A program made the translations under genes and the position numbers. From Mobula hypostoma (lineage: Eukaryota): 64,000 bases of DNA. The stretch is from assembly GCF_963921235.1 (NCBI RefSeq), contig NC_086098.1, positions 205,716,001-205,780,000 on the forward strand, written 5' to 3'. Positions 47,357 through 60,884 of this stretch are shown one piece after another (position 1 is the stretch's first letter; each line of letters starts with the position of its first letter). The notes beneath the pieces were generated by a model that saw only the letters and a program-made list of their open reading frames with translations, was not told the DNA's origin and did no database searches.

Positions 47357-49969
47357 ATCTCTCCTCTGTTCATTCCCTGCATGCTCCCCACCCACAAACT
47401 ATGGGTTGGCATACCACACAAGGACGAATAAGATCAAATATCTTGGAATCAGCCACCTCGCTGTCAAAGTTGAACTCTGCTCCTGATGCTTTTGTTCTTT
47501 CCTTGACATTTCTGCTAGACAACTGGTAGCACATTCCTCCCCCTCTCCCATATACAAACTCAAACCAATGTCCTTATGACAAGAATTAAGTACACAGTGA
47601 TCCTCCTTCCATCCCCTCCCCCCTACTCCAAAAGACTGCAGTTTAACCTGGGCGCCTGACAATAACTGGCATAGCATCAAGCCTCATAGGGAACCTATTT
47701 CCTCAGCTGCTCTATTGATTTAGTGATGAAGCGCTACAGCTCAGCAAAGATAAACTAAGGTAATTTTACAAGCCTAGGTGCTGGAGAGCAATGGTTCTTA
47801 CGGGTATAAAATGGCTTTACAATACGAATTTAAATTAAAATCACACACCTTTTATTTATCCTGTAGGTTAGAATGGTTTACAAGAATAAAAAGCAACCAT
47901 TTTTATGCATGTGTTTTTCCTCAATGTTCATGTTATTCTACATGAAAACTTTTATTATGATTTATCTATAACCTACCGCAATTTTCAACTGCAAGTTAAA
48001 GATATTTTTAAGTTCTTCATCATAACCTCAAGAATAAATCATACGACAGTACCTGATCACAGTCTCAAGCCATGTGACAGCATATCCACAGGGCTCTTTT
48101 TACGTTCCTTAAACACAGACAATGTACGATTAGAAGAACCACTTTTGACAATTCATTCGTAAGAAGAGATTCGAATGCAGCAATATGGAAAAATCGAACG
48201 CAGATCCTTGCTGCCAGAAATAGCATACTTAGGACTTAGTCATTTACTCAAATTTCTGAAATTCTAGCAAACTGCATTTCATTATATTCCATCTTGTTTA
48301 ATAAAATTTCAAAGAATAATTCAGATTTACAAGAAAATGCAGTTTAGTAGGAATCCATACTTCTAACAAACTGGTGTTTTGGTCACCAGCATAAGCAATG
48401 ATATAGCTGAAAATTATAACATACAGCTTCATTTTCAGTGGTACAATTTAAGTTCAGCATCGTAAATTCTCTTTGTTGTTTTTTGCAGAACTCTGTGCTT
48501 TTATTCCACAAAGTATCATACTACTTAAAAATTGATTTCAAAGCTAGGTTGCCATTAACCCTAAAAGTCTTGCAAAATAAAAGGAGCCAGGCAGCAAGGT
48601 CTGTTGCACTATCTGTAAATAATTTAATAACCTCCAAGTTAATGCTGGAAATTCTGCACACGCATTTGAGAAGAAAAATAATCAGATGTGCATCAAGATC
48701 AGTTAATGTATTTTGACACACGGCAATTAGGACTTCTGGTCCAGATATTAATTAAACAATTTTAAACTTTAATGTATTGTTCAGTTTGAAATATCAGTGT
48801 TACACTAGAATTAAACAGCCCAATTATTTGAATCCTCCTGATCGAAACTACTAACCAATCCATTGTTCTGCAATGGAAGCTACTAGAAATAGGAAATTAC
48901 ACCACCCATCTCCAAAACAGCAGTTAATGGTTCTTTAAAAGAATTAAACTCAGCATATTATTATCATCATAAGTAACAGAAATAGAGAAGGCAAGCAAGC
49001 TCTCCAAACACACTCCACTATTCAAGATGATGGCTTTAGCCATTCCTGGCCTCAGTGCCACTTTCTTGCTCTCTTCCATTGCTCCTCAACTGCCTAGTAC
49101 TTCAAATATTAGCCAATACCCATCTGGATTATATTTGATGGATCCTCATCTTAGTTCCCTTGGTTAAAGAATTTCAAAGGACCACAGAGAGCTCCGACAT
49201 AGACTCCAACCACTGGCTCCTGTTCCTGACTTCATTTACTGCCTGGCCTCTAATTCCCCTTCATCCCTGTCCCTAAGCAATAAGATGCCCCATAACTCCC
49301 TGCCTGGTCCCAAAACCATGACTATGAACCTAAAAGACAACCAAGTCTGAGCCACAACCTTGAGGAATATCACAGCTCCACCATAAATATGACCATCTTT
49401 GCTCAAATGCAGATGAATTCAAATTCTATTGGTAGGGACAGAGTAGGAGAATGAAAGTATTACACTATTAAGAGATTGTTCAACATGGACAAAGGATTTT
49501 AAATATTTGATCCTCTTTCCAATTAAGGTAGGACACATGACTAACAGCTAATAGTATAGAAAGCATTGTTACAGAATCCATTTTTCAAAAAAAAGTGCTT
49601 GTAAAGGTTTTTAATTATGTAATAATATGCACATATCATATCACTATTCCTTAAAAGTAAGCAATATGGACAAATGATTTAGTTGCATCATTAAGCTTAT
49701 AACATACTAATTCAGAGTTCCATTTTTCAGTGAATAGTATTTACATTACTTAATTTTCCACAGCATTTGCTTAAGAATCTTTTATTGTACCAGAATTGCA
49801 GGAAGGATAATGATCATAAGAAGGATATGATATTTTGTTATCCCCTTTGAATGTTTCTCTAAAGTAGACAGGTAATCCCATTATTACTATCTTGCTTAAG
49901 TCCCCTTTTTGAAGTGGGTGGGGAATTGGGTCTGGACAGACATCAGACGTTTTTGTGTCAACCCTCATA

Positions 49970-50275
49970 CTTCTAAACCAGAGTGAATAACTTCACTCAC
50001 CCCAAAAATGAACTGATTCCATAACCAGTGAACTCACTTTAAAAGACTCTAAAACTCACATTCTCAATATTTGTTTGTTTATTGATTGATTGAGTTCCCT
50101 TTCCATTTTTGTACTTGCACAATTTGGTGTATTTTGCACACTAGTTGTTTGTCCGTCTTTGTGTGCAGTTTTTCATTGACTCTATTGTGTTTCTTTGTAT
50201 TTATGTGATTTCCCACAAGAAAATTAATCACTGGGTAGTGTATGGTGATATATATGCACTTTGATAATAAATTTC
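49970..50275 (+). mobile_element. Rex/Babar 3' UTR fragment
   Basis: Homologous to 4530-4860 (aacttcactcacccc...tgtatggtga...ctttgataataaattt). Confidence 0.75.
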
Positions 50276-50278
50276 AAA

Positions 50279-50580
50279 GGGGCACCACAGTAGTGTAGCG
50301 GTTAGAGTGACCCTATTACAGCTCGGGGCAATGGAGTTCCGATTTCACTCCTGGCCTCCTCTATAAAACATTTGTATGTCAGCCCCAGGGAATGCATCAG
50401 ATCTTTCTTTGTGCTCCGGTTTCTTCCCACAGTCCAAAGACATGGCGGTTAGTAGGTTAACCGGTCATTGTAAAATGTTCCGCGACTTGGCTAGGGTTAG
50501 TTTGGGGGTTGCTGGGCAGCATGGCTTGAAGGGCTGAAAGGGCCATGCTGCATCTCTAAATAAAAATAATAAAATAAAAT
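50279..50580 (+). mobile_element. HE1/V-SINE
   Basis: ggggcaccacagtagtgtagcggttag head; gtgctccggtttcttcccacagtccaaagac; A-rich tail. Confidence 0.88.
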
Positions 50581-51449
50581 TTTAAAAATGATTTTTTTCT
50601 CTGCATTTGCTACCTGATTTACTGAGCATCCCCAACCATTCCTGTTTCTAGCTTGTAAAGAACAACCCCCTTGATCGTTGTTTGTCAACTATTCTCCACA
50701 CCACTGAAAGACTTCTCCTCTACATATGCAAATGTTTGTAGATGCCCTGTGTGAATACGCAGAATTCAAAACTATTCCAAATTAAAATGTATTAAATCAA
50801 AAAATATTTCTGAATGCTGCATGAAAACAAAGTTAGTTATTTTTACAAATCCTCATACAAATAAATCTAATAATTACATCAGCTACACAAAAGCCTACAG
50901 GATTTATAATCTTAATTTTGCTATTTTGAAAATAACACCAACCAAAAAGATGTTTTACTCTATTTATCCAGTAATTTCTTTATCCACTAAACATAAAACA
51001 TATGGATTCTATTGTCCAGTACCAATCTTAGTATAACAGCCTGTATACTAACAATCATCAGCATAAAAATAACATTTACTTTACTTCCACACTTGTCTCT
51101 TCATTCAATCAAACAAGAACTTCTTGATGGTCATCAAATGGAGATGGTTACCTCAGAATTTAATCCTATCAATGCTTGTCAACAAAGTTATGAGATATTT
51201 TCAGGATATTTATTCTCAGAAGTCCCAGTGGGTTTGTCTTTCTTATTCATGCTACCATATAGTAAACATTGCCTCCAATTTCTGCATATCCATATTATCC
51301 TTGTACAGCACTATAACAGCAAGCCATCCAATCATTGTATAGGTTTCTTGTATAAGGAAGCAAGATCTTTATGTTGAGCAGCCTTAATTTATTACCCCAG
51401 TGGAAAAATTTGCACTTCCAACAATGCAGCACTCCCTGAGAAGATTGTG

Positions 51450-52145
51450 TATCATAAGACATAAGACCATAAGATATAGGTGCAGAAGTAGGCCATTTGG
51501 GCTGTCAAGTCGCTCCACCATTCAATCATGGGCTGATCCAATTCTTCCAGTCATCCCCACTCTCCTGCTTTCACCCCATACCCTTTGATGCCCTGGCTAA
51601 CCAAGAACCTATCTATCTCTGCCATACACCCAATGACTTGGCCTCCACAGCCACTCGTGGCAACAAATTCCACCGATTTACCACCCTCCGACTAAAATAA
51701 TTTCTCTGCATCTCAGTTCTAAAAGGACGTCCTTCAATCCTGAAGTCGTGCCCTCTTGTCCTAGAATCCCCTACCATGGTTAATAACTTTCCCATATCTA
51801 ATCTCTTCAGGCCTTTTAACATTTGGAATGTTTCTATGAGATCCCTCCTCATTCTCCTGAACTCCAGTGAATGCAGCCCAAGAGCTGCCAGACGTTTCTC
51901 ATATGGTAACCCTTTCATTCCTGGAATCATTCTCGTGGATCTTTTCTGAACCCTGTCCAATGTCAGTATATCCATTCTAAAATAAGGGGCCCAAAACTGC
52001 CCACAATACTCCAAGTGTGGTTTCACGAATGCCTTATAGAACCTCAACATCACATCTCTGCTCTTATATTCTATACCTCTAGAAACGAATACCAATATTG
52101 TACTCACCTTCTTCACAGCCGACTCAACCTGGAGGTTAACCAACC
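51450..52145 (-). mobile_element. CR1 LINE 3' fragment
   Basis: ORF 51613..52143 (VKPHLEYCGQFWAP...RRMRRDLIETF); cataaga repeats at the terminus. Confidence 0.95.
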
Positions 52146-53789
52146 TGAATTAGTGTTCTACTTTAAATAAAAAACTTACAAACACTGAACTAAGAAGGAA
52201 ATGTAGATATTCAGATGTCTGACATAGAACTATTTTCACTTATGTTCACTAATGTCATGGCATAATGGCAGAGAAATCATAAAGGGAACATTAGGCTTTC
52301 CACCAACTTTGAGAAAAATTGTACTTTTAAAAATACACTTGTAACTGGGGCACTGAAAAAAGATATTTACCATGCTTTACAGAAGTGACCTTCGATGTGC
52401 AAGAATATCCCTGGCCTTCCGATCTGGGCAGTTCTAACTCTGTTATTGCTCTAACCTTAAGGGAAATAATATACCAGTACACCTTTCAGTTTCCAGTCAA
52501 TACATGTACACAGTGATATTCTCCAGGAAATTCCAGGTTTTATTAAATTTTATATAAATAATATAGTACCTTCAAGCACTGCCTTGAGCTCTACTCAAAA
52601 TGCATTAGTGAACTGATTACTCATGCACTCAGTATTTAACTGTATATGATTTAAATGAGTCTCCTGAGTCAGGATTTAAACAGACACTTACAATTCAAAA
52701 TTTCTACCATTGAAGAAGAAAAAAATTATAATGGAACAATCTTTCATGCCCTATTTCCCCACAAGTGATAAGTGAAAAACAGCAAAATATATATAAATGT
52801 TTAAGGAAAGAAATGCATTCAATGTGATTCCAGCTCAGAAATCACAAGATATTTGGTCTGCTTTCAATACTTCATGGTTGTGTGTATGTGTATTTCAGGT
52901 CACTGCACAAGTTAAATGAATAACCTCACAAATGCAGAAATAATACAAACCAAGATGGGTCCAATTTCCTTGTCGCCACACTCCAAAGTGAAATATAATC
53001 ATAAACTGCCCTCTGTGCTTTGCACATGTGCCCTATCCATGACTGAGAATTTAGGACAAGTAGTCATCCGGTACTTGTTTTCATTACAGTGCAGCTGTAC
53101 TTGCCATTAACAAACAGGTCTGCACCTATATTATCCAGCATGACACTTAGATTAGATTGGACCCTATGACATCACACAAAAATAGTTAGAAAAACACCTT
53201 AGAAAAGCCATTTAAAATTGAATTGTTTTAATTCTCTTAACGTGGTTGAAGCTGCTTAAGATTTTAAACAAGTGCATTCTTTTCCCTGAGAAGTCATTTG
53301 TTCCTATTCTGGCAGAAATGTTGAGATTTGCTATTATAATTACAACAACATTGTCAGTGCTCACAGTTGCTACTGAGTTAGGCTGACAACAACATGTGCA
53401 GTTAAACATGGAAATTCGTAAGTCGCTGGCAGTTTTAATGCACTGCTCGGCAAGGTGTATTCCTACACTTTTTCTTACATATTAAGCCAAAATTGTCAAC
53501 GTGATGTGAGCTAAAATGAAAATCTTGTGCACTCTTCCTACTGTAGTACAATGAACTATTACATTACCATATTAAGAGCACTCTGAGCCTGCTAAGTTCT
53601 TCCAGCATTCTATGTGTTGCTAAGTCACAATTACCAAAGCACCATCTTAGCACCAAAATGTTAGTTTTATAAATGTGGATTATTATTCCCTCCAAACAAT
53701 GATAGAAAACAAAAAAAAACTTTTTTTGTTAATCATTGGATACATTTATTTCAGCTTCTACCTTAATTACATGTGCACATTCCAATCTT

Positions 53790-54780
53790 AGCACATAGAA
53801 CAATACAGCACAGTATATACCCTTCAGCCCATGATGTTCTGCCAACCTTTTAGGGTACTTCAAGATCAATCTAACCCTTCCCTCCCACACATTAAAAAAA
53901 TCTGCCTCTGACATGCCCCCTGTACTCTGCTCCAAACACCTTAAAGTTTTGCCCCCTTGTATTCACAATTTCCGCTGAGAAAAAAGACTCTGGCTGTGCA
54001 TTCAATCTATGCCTTTTATCATCTTGTACACCTCTATCAAACCACCTCTCAAATCTCTCGAAAGAGAAGAATCTTAGCTTACTCAACCCAACTCATCAGA
54101 CTTGCTTTCTAATCCAGGCAGCATCTTGGTAAATCTCCTCTGCACCTTATCTGAAGGTTCCAAATCCTTCTCAGCAATAAGGTGACCAGAAATAAAAAAC
54201 AAAATTGCAAGTGTGATTTAACCAGGGTTTTGAGCCATGCACTCCAACAGGTGATTCAGGCTACTCAGCACTTCATTGGGACTCAGCTTCCAGACTTGGA
54301 GACAATCTACAACACGTGATGCCTACAACACGCTCATAACATCATTAAAGACCCATCCTATCCTGGACACTGTCTGCTCAATCTCCTGCTATCTGATAGG
54401 AGATACAGAAATATATCAGCCAAGACAGTTAGGCTGAAAAACAACTTCTTCCCAAGGGCTGTTGTGTAGCTGAATAATGCTACATCCCGGTTTGCCAATG
54501 GCCTTTGAGGTTTGTGGACAATCAAAGTCACTTGTTGCATGCAAATATAGGAATTTTCTTTTTAATTAAGCTGTACTGCATGCATTATAAATATCTGTTT
54601 TGTGCAGACTGGCATAGCACTGCAATCTCGTTGTCTTGAGCAAAGATAATAAAGTTCTATTCTATTCTATTATAGAGCTGCAACATTACCTCATGTCTCT
54701 TGAACTCAATCCCCTGACTAAAGGAGGCTAATAGACCATACAACTATACCACCAACACACCATATGCTTTCTTAACCATC
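53790..54780 (-). mobile_element. CR1 3' fragment split by a Rex insertion
   Basis: CR1 sequence accagggtttt|atagagctgcaacattacc is split at ~54231 and resumes at ~54672. Confidence 0.8.
54232..54671 (+). mobile_element. Rex/Babar 3' fragment with (TTCTA)n tail
   Basis: aacatcattaaagacccatcctatcctggacac (IIKDPSYPGH); aataaagttctattctattctat tail. Confidence 0.8.
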
Positions 54781-55359
54781 TTCACTTAAACTTTTTTTTA
54801 AATAAGCTAAAATTGTAATTTAGAGCATGCTTCCTGTCTCTATACAACAGATTTTCTCAGTGTGACTGGTTGCAGAACCCACTTGATAATTTCATGATAG
54901 ATCTCCTGCAGATGAAGTCAAACCAAGAGCCACAGTGAGAGAGAATAAAGATCAAAGTCAGAGAACCCACTATATCTTTGTGGGCACTTTTTTCATGGTC
55001 AGATGCCAAAGCAACCTTTTCATGGCTAGCTTATAATGTTTTGTTAGACTGCATAGATCATTACATTTATTGCAAGCATAAGAAATAGCAAGTTATGACT
55101 GCCATTATCCATTTCAAGGTGCCTTGATTAGGCCACTTGCTTTTCAAATCACAACTGTTTTCTCACAACAGAATGCCTTGCTAGCTCACTTCAGAGGAGA
55201 GTTACAATTTGATCTTGCAGCTTTGGATTGGCTTTATATCCTCAGGAGACTGAGTAAGGCGGCAGAATAAATCCTCCAAAAACTTGATGCTTTTCCTACT
55301 TAAAAAAACTTCTGATGCTAGAAATTTAAAACAAAAGCAGAAATGCTGTAAGTACTCTG

Positions 55360-56620
55360 ACATCAGTGGTGGGTAAATTGCTGGAAAAGATTCTAAGTGA
55401 CAGGAACTACCAATACTTGGAGAGGCAGGGTCTGATGTAGGATGGCCAGCACAGCTTGGGAAGTGCTTGGGCAGTCATGTCTGACAAATCTCTTGGAACT
55501 CTTTGAGGAGGAAACATAAGGTAGATGAGGGTAGAGCAGTGAATCTTGTCTCCATGGACTTTAGCAAGGCCTTCGACAATAGCAGGCAGGTCTGGAAGAG
55601 TAGATCACATGGGATCGAGGGGTGAGAGTTGATTGAATACATAATTGCCTCAGTGCTAGGAATGAATAGTGATAGTTAAGGATTGTTTCTCAGACTGAAG
55701 ACCCGTGTCTAGTGATATGCTACAAGGGTCAGTACTGGGACCTTTGTGCTTCTGACTTATGTAAATTATTTAGACATTTAAATGTGCATGGTATGGCTCC
55801 TAAGTTTACAGATGATAATAAAATAGCTAGTGTTGTAGACAGTGTAGTAGGCTATATAAAAAAAATCTAAAGGGTGATCTTGATCAGTTAGATATGTGGA
55901 CTGAGGACTGGCAAATAGTTTTCAATCCCGACAAATGTTAGATATTACATTTTAGGAGATCAAACTAGGGTAAAACTGATATACCCAATGGTTAGGCCTT
56001 CAGGACTGTTGTGGAAAAGAGCGAATGCGGAGAGCAAATACATAGTTCATTGAAAGAAGCATCTCACGTAGATGAAGTAGTGAAGGTATGTGGCACACTA
56101 GCCTTCATCAGTCAGGGCTCTAAATATAGTAGTTAAAAAGTTATATTGCAGTTATACAAGACATTAGTGAGGCCGCACTTGAAGTAATGTGTACAACTTT
56201 GGTCTGTTACAGGAAAGATGTTATTAAACTAGAAAGGCTGCAGCAAAGATTTACCAGGATATTGCCCAGACTTAGGGGCTGGAGATAAGAGGTCAGGTCA
56301 TACACACCAGGACTTTATTCACTGGAAAGCAAGAGATTAAGGGTTGATCTGACAGAAGATCATGAGGGGCATAGACTGAGTGAAAGCACATGGTCTTTTA
56401 CCCAGGGAACAAATTCTAATAACAACATGGCAGAAATATAGAGGTCAAAGATTTAAAAAGGAACATTGGGCATTTTCTTCACATAATAAGTGATGCATAT
56501 TTGGAAGTATATAGAAAGGAGGGTTTTAGAGGGCCATGAGCCAAATGTTGCAGATGGGACTAGTTCACTGGGCAAAAGAGTCAGCATAGTTGGGTCGAAG
56601 GGCTTGTTTCCATGCTCTAA
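55360..56620 (+). mobile_element. Decayed CR1 RT and 3' fragment
   Basis: MDFSKAFD at ~55555; SKFTDDNK at ~55798; LVRPHL at ~56164; no long ORF remains. Confidence 0.85.
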
Positions 56621-57622
56621 GTCCCACTCAGCAGCTCAGCCAGCACCTGTGGGAAGGGAAGCTGTCACATTTTCAGCGTAGAGACCCTTTCTCAGAAGGA
56701 AACAGAAGCAGTTTATAAAGTTACAGGAAGGGTGGTGGGCATTTCTCTGTTGGGATAAAACTGGGGTAAACTGTAGATCTTGTCAATGAGTGAGTGCAGT
56801 CGCTGTTGATTGGGAACATAGACAAAAGTAAACAGGAATTGTGAAGTGTGGAGGAATAAAGCAAGGCCACCAGGTCAGACTGGGCATGTCCTCATCTCTC
56901 AGAGGCAAGAGAAAGAAAAGAAGAAAACAAGCTGAGCTAATACTATAGATACCGTAAATGCTGGATACAGACCACGCACCGTGTTTTAGTACTATTTGAC
57001 AGTGTTGCAATAATGTTGTGTAAGTCCCAGCTTTTTAATTCAATGTTTGTAAAACAGAATGCAGATTCTGACACAGTCGTAATTGAATCTGAATGGTATG
57101 CTCTGCATAATTGGTTTAGGTCTCTAGATTAGCAGTTTGGGAACAAAGCCACAATGCTATCATATCTTTTAAGTTTGGCTACATCAAGTACCTTATTGAA
57201 AAGATTAAGGCTATTCCTATTGGATGGAAAAGAAACTTGGTTAAAGGTTACAGGCAAAACACCAAGTGTAAACACATGGGATAAAGATTGCCAACAGTCT
57301 GGCTACCATTATTCCCTGCATACAGAAAGTGTCAAACCAAAGCACAAAGAAACAGTGACAGTATCAAATTGTAGTCGAGGAAAACATAGAAGAATGTGGA
57401 GAAAAAAACAAAATTTGTAAAAAGGACAGCAGTGAAAAGGCATTGCAGTGGCATAGCCAAGAATTGCTGCTTTGCTGCGGCTAAAACCCAAGTTTAAGTC
57501 TGACCTGTGTGCTGTTTGTAGGGAAGTTCTCCTTGTGAGTGCAAGGGTTTCCTCTCAGTGCTCTGGCTTCCCCCTACTTGCCAACGATGTGCAGATTGGA
57601 AAGTTCACTAGCCACTGTAAAG

Positions 57623-58785
57623 CAGGGGTCCCCAACTGTTTTTGCGCTGCGGACCGGTTTGATATTGACAATATTCTTGCGGACCGGCCGACCCCGGGGG
57701 GGGGGGGGTAGGGTTGCCAACAGACAAGAGCAGCTGTCAAAAAAGGACTACAATGACCATGAAGCCTTGCGCGGGCACCAGTGCGCATGCGTGTACCTGC
57801 CAATATTATTCTCTGCAAAGCGTTTTTGGCGATTCTGTTCGGGGGGGGGTGTTCATCACGACCGGAATATTGGTAATAAGGGGCTAATACACTCAATTTC
57901 GTTTCTAAAAGGGTTTATCTAACGAACTTAATATTAAACACACAGCGCATATTTTCCTCGCATGAATATAGTGCTAAGTCAATTATCAGGGGAGGACGGG
58001 GAGCTTGAAGTAAGTGTTGAACGAACTTCCAGTAGAAGTGGTAGAGGCAGGATCGATATTATTTAAAGAAAAATTGGATAGGTATATGGACAGGAAAGGA
58101 ATGGAGGGTTATGGGCTGAGTGCAGGTCGGTGGGACTAGGTGAGAGTAGCTTTCGGCACGGACTAGAAGGGCCGAGATCGCCTGTTTCCGTTCTGTAATT
58201 GTTATATGGTTATATCGGTCACTTTTCAGTCAATAGCATCATAACATTTTAAGTAACGTTTGGATATTAAACACACAGCACATATTTTCCCCGTATGAAC
58301 ATATAAAATCATTGCAACACAGCAGTATCGCTGAATCAGTGCGAGCTCTGGGCTTGTTTCCCTGCAACAAGACGGTCCTATCGGAGGGTGATGGGAGACA
58401 GCGATACTCGAAGGAGGTTCCTTATGTCCTGTCTATTTAGTTTTCGTTGCATTCATTGCAGAGATATGTTGGAAATGGAAGCAACGTTTTCAGTTCTTTC
58501 GTGGCTATCTCAGGATATTTAGCCTTGACTTTGATCCAGAATGGCGGCAGAGATGTTATGTCAAACACACTTTTCAGCCCACCGCCATTTGCAAGCTCGA
58601 GGAGTTGATCTTCTCACCCGCGCTGACATGGATGACGCGCTGTTAATGACCTCGCGTGTGTTCAAGCTCAACAGTGGGCGTGACAGGGAATGAGGAAAGA
58701 TGCAGCTGACTCATATCGCCAAATCATATCGTTTCCTCGCGGCCCGGTAGCAAATGCTCTGCGGCCCAGTGGTTGGGGACCGCTG
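57623..58785 (-). mobile_element. Non-autonomous hAT (Charlie/Buster type) transposon with 8-bp TSD
   Basis: TIRs caggggtccccaac and gttggggaccgctg; TSD ctgtaaag at 57615-57622 and 58786-58793; minus strand 58614-58336 encodes EDQLLELANGGGLKSVF...FWIKVKAKYPEIA...LLPFPT...LVAGKQAQSSH* (hAT dimerisation domain). Confidence 0.95.
58019..58215 (+). mobile_element. CR1 3' end embedded in the hAT element
   Basis: Closely similar to 14213-14420 (cttccagtagaagtggtagaggcagg...tatatggttata). Confidence 0.9.
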
Positions 58786-59292
58786 CTGTAAAGTGCCTCT
58801 AGAATGCCAGTGAATGGTAGAATTTTGTGGAGGGGGAGGGGTGGTGGAAGTTCCTGAGAATAAGGGTTAATGTAAATAGGCTTTCATGGTTAGTACAGAC
58901 TTGTTGAGTCTATGCTGAATATCTTCATGTCTACATGAAGTCTAACATCTGGAGATGGGGCAGTGGGCAAAATAGAGAAAACAGAAGGGAAAAACAACCT
59001 AGGAAGTGAATTTTGCAAACAGTGAAGACACAGAAAGAAATAACGTAGGGCTTAGCCCATATGTAGATAAACTGATAATTAATGACAGTGCAAAAATGTT
59101 GATACACATGTCAACAATTCTGTAAAATACTCTAAAAAATCACTTTAATACATCTAGCTCATGAATACGAAAAAATATAAACAATAAGGTCAATGATCTC
59201 ACTGTATTGAAAATAAATGAGGCCTTCCTTGATTTGCCATTTATAGCCTTCATACCATTTATAGCATAAATCTGAGGAGTTAGATATTTAGT

Positions 59293-60596
59293 ACATAGAA
59301 GACTGTAGTGCCAACCCACAATGTTGCGCCAACCCTTAAATCCTGCCTCCCATATAACTCCCCACCTTAAATTCCTCCATATACCTGTCTAGTAGTCTCT
59401 TAAATTTCACTAGTGTATCCGCCTACACCACTGACTCAGGCAGTGCATTCCACGCACCAATCACCCTGAGTAAAAAACCTTCCTCAAATATCCCCCCTTG
59501 AACTTACCTTAAAGTCATGTCCTCTTGTATTGAGAAGTGGTGCCCTGGGGAAGAGGTGCTGGCTGTCCACTCTGTCTATTCCTCTTAATATCTTGTATAC
59601 CTCTATCATATCTCCTCTCATCCTCCTTCTCTCCAAAGAGTAAAGCACTAGCTCCCTTAATCTCTAATCATAATGCATAGCCTCGAAACCAGGCAGCATC
59701 CTGGTAAATCTCCTCTGTACCCTTTCCAATGCCTCCACATCCTTCCTATAGTGAGGCAACCAGAAATGGACACAGTACTCCAAGTGTGGCCTAACCAGAG
59801 TTTTACAGAGCTGCATCATTACTTCATGACTCTTAAATTCTATCCCTCAACTTATGAAAGCTAACACCCCATAAGCTTTCTTAACTACCCTATCTACCTG
59901 TGAGGGAACTTTCAGGGATCTGTGGACATGTACTCCCAAAACCCTTTGCTCCTCCACACTACCAAGTATCTTGCCATTTACTTTGTACTCTGCCTTGGAG
60001 TTTGTCCTTCCAAAGTGTACCACCTCACACTTCTCCTGGTTGAACTCCATCTGCCACTTCTCAGCCCACTTCTGCATCCTATCAATGTCTCCCTGCAATC
60101 TTCGACAATCCTCTACACTCTCCACAACACCACTAAACTTTGTGTCGTCTGCAAACTTGCCAACCCACCCTTCTACCCCCAACATCCAGGTCGTTAATGA
60201 AAATCACAAAAAGTTTAAGTCCCAGAACCAATCCTTGTGGGACACCACTAGTCACAATCCTCCAATCCCAATGTCCTCCCTCCACGACTCTCTGCTTTCT
60301 ACGGCAAGCCAATTCTGAATCCACCTGGCCAAACTTCCCTGGATCCCATGCCTTCTGACTTTCTGAATAAGCCTACCGTGTGGAACCTTGTCAAATGCCT
60401 TAATAAAATCCATGTAGATCACATCCACTGCACTACCCTCATCTATATGCCTGGTCACCTCCTCAAAGAACTTTATCAGGCAGATCTGCCCTTAACAAAG
60501 CCATGCTGACTGTCCCTGATCAGACCATGATTCTCTAAATATCCATAGATCCCATCTCTATGAATCTTTTCCAATGGCTTTCCCACCACAGACATA
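59293..60596 (-). mobile_element. CR1 LINE RT to 3' end
   Basis: ORFs 60252..60458 (YMDFIKAFDKVPH), 60133..60324 (SGVPQG), 59847..60185 (KFADDTK). Confidence 0.95.
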
Positions 60597-60866
60597 AGCG
60601 AGCCAGATATGAAGTGTATCCAATTGTTCAGGTCATTAGCTTATGGAAACACTCCAAAACTCCACGACTCGTCCATGTACAGGAAGTAAGATGGTTTTCC
60701 ACACTTCTGTGAAGCAGGGCACAGAAATAGCGGAAAGGAACACACAAGTGACTAACACACAACAGTTTCTCCATAAACCTGCCGAAAAATCAATAGCAAA
60801 AATAGCATTTAATTATTTGTACTGGGAGTAGAAAAGGGAAATCAGACCTTTTTTATTCCCCACCCT

Positions 60867-60884
60867 ACACACACACACACACAC
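60867..60884. repeat. (AC)9 microsatellite
   Basis: Direct reading. Confidence 0.9.

Larger units (their letters stand above)
57440..58925 (+). mobile_element. Decayed HE1/V-SINE split by the hAT insertion
   Basis: V-domain gggtttcctctcagtgctctggcttcccc before 57615; resumes with ctgtaaagtgcctctag after 58785. Confidence 0.65.

Noticed and set aside
56660-56700. Further minus-strand hammerhead-like remnant (ctgagaaagggtctctacgctgaaaatgtgac)
   Set aside because: Core and cleavage triplet too degraded to call a ribozyme; only an old Penelope terminus
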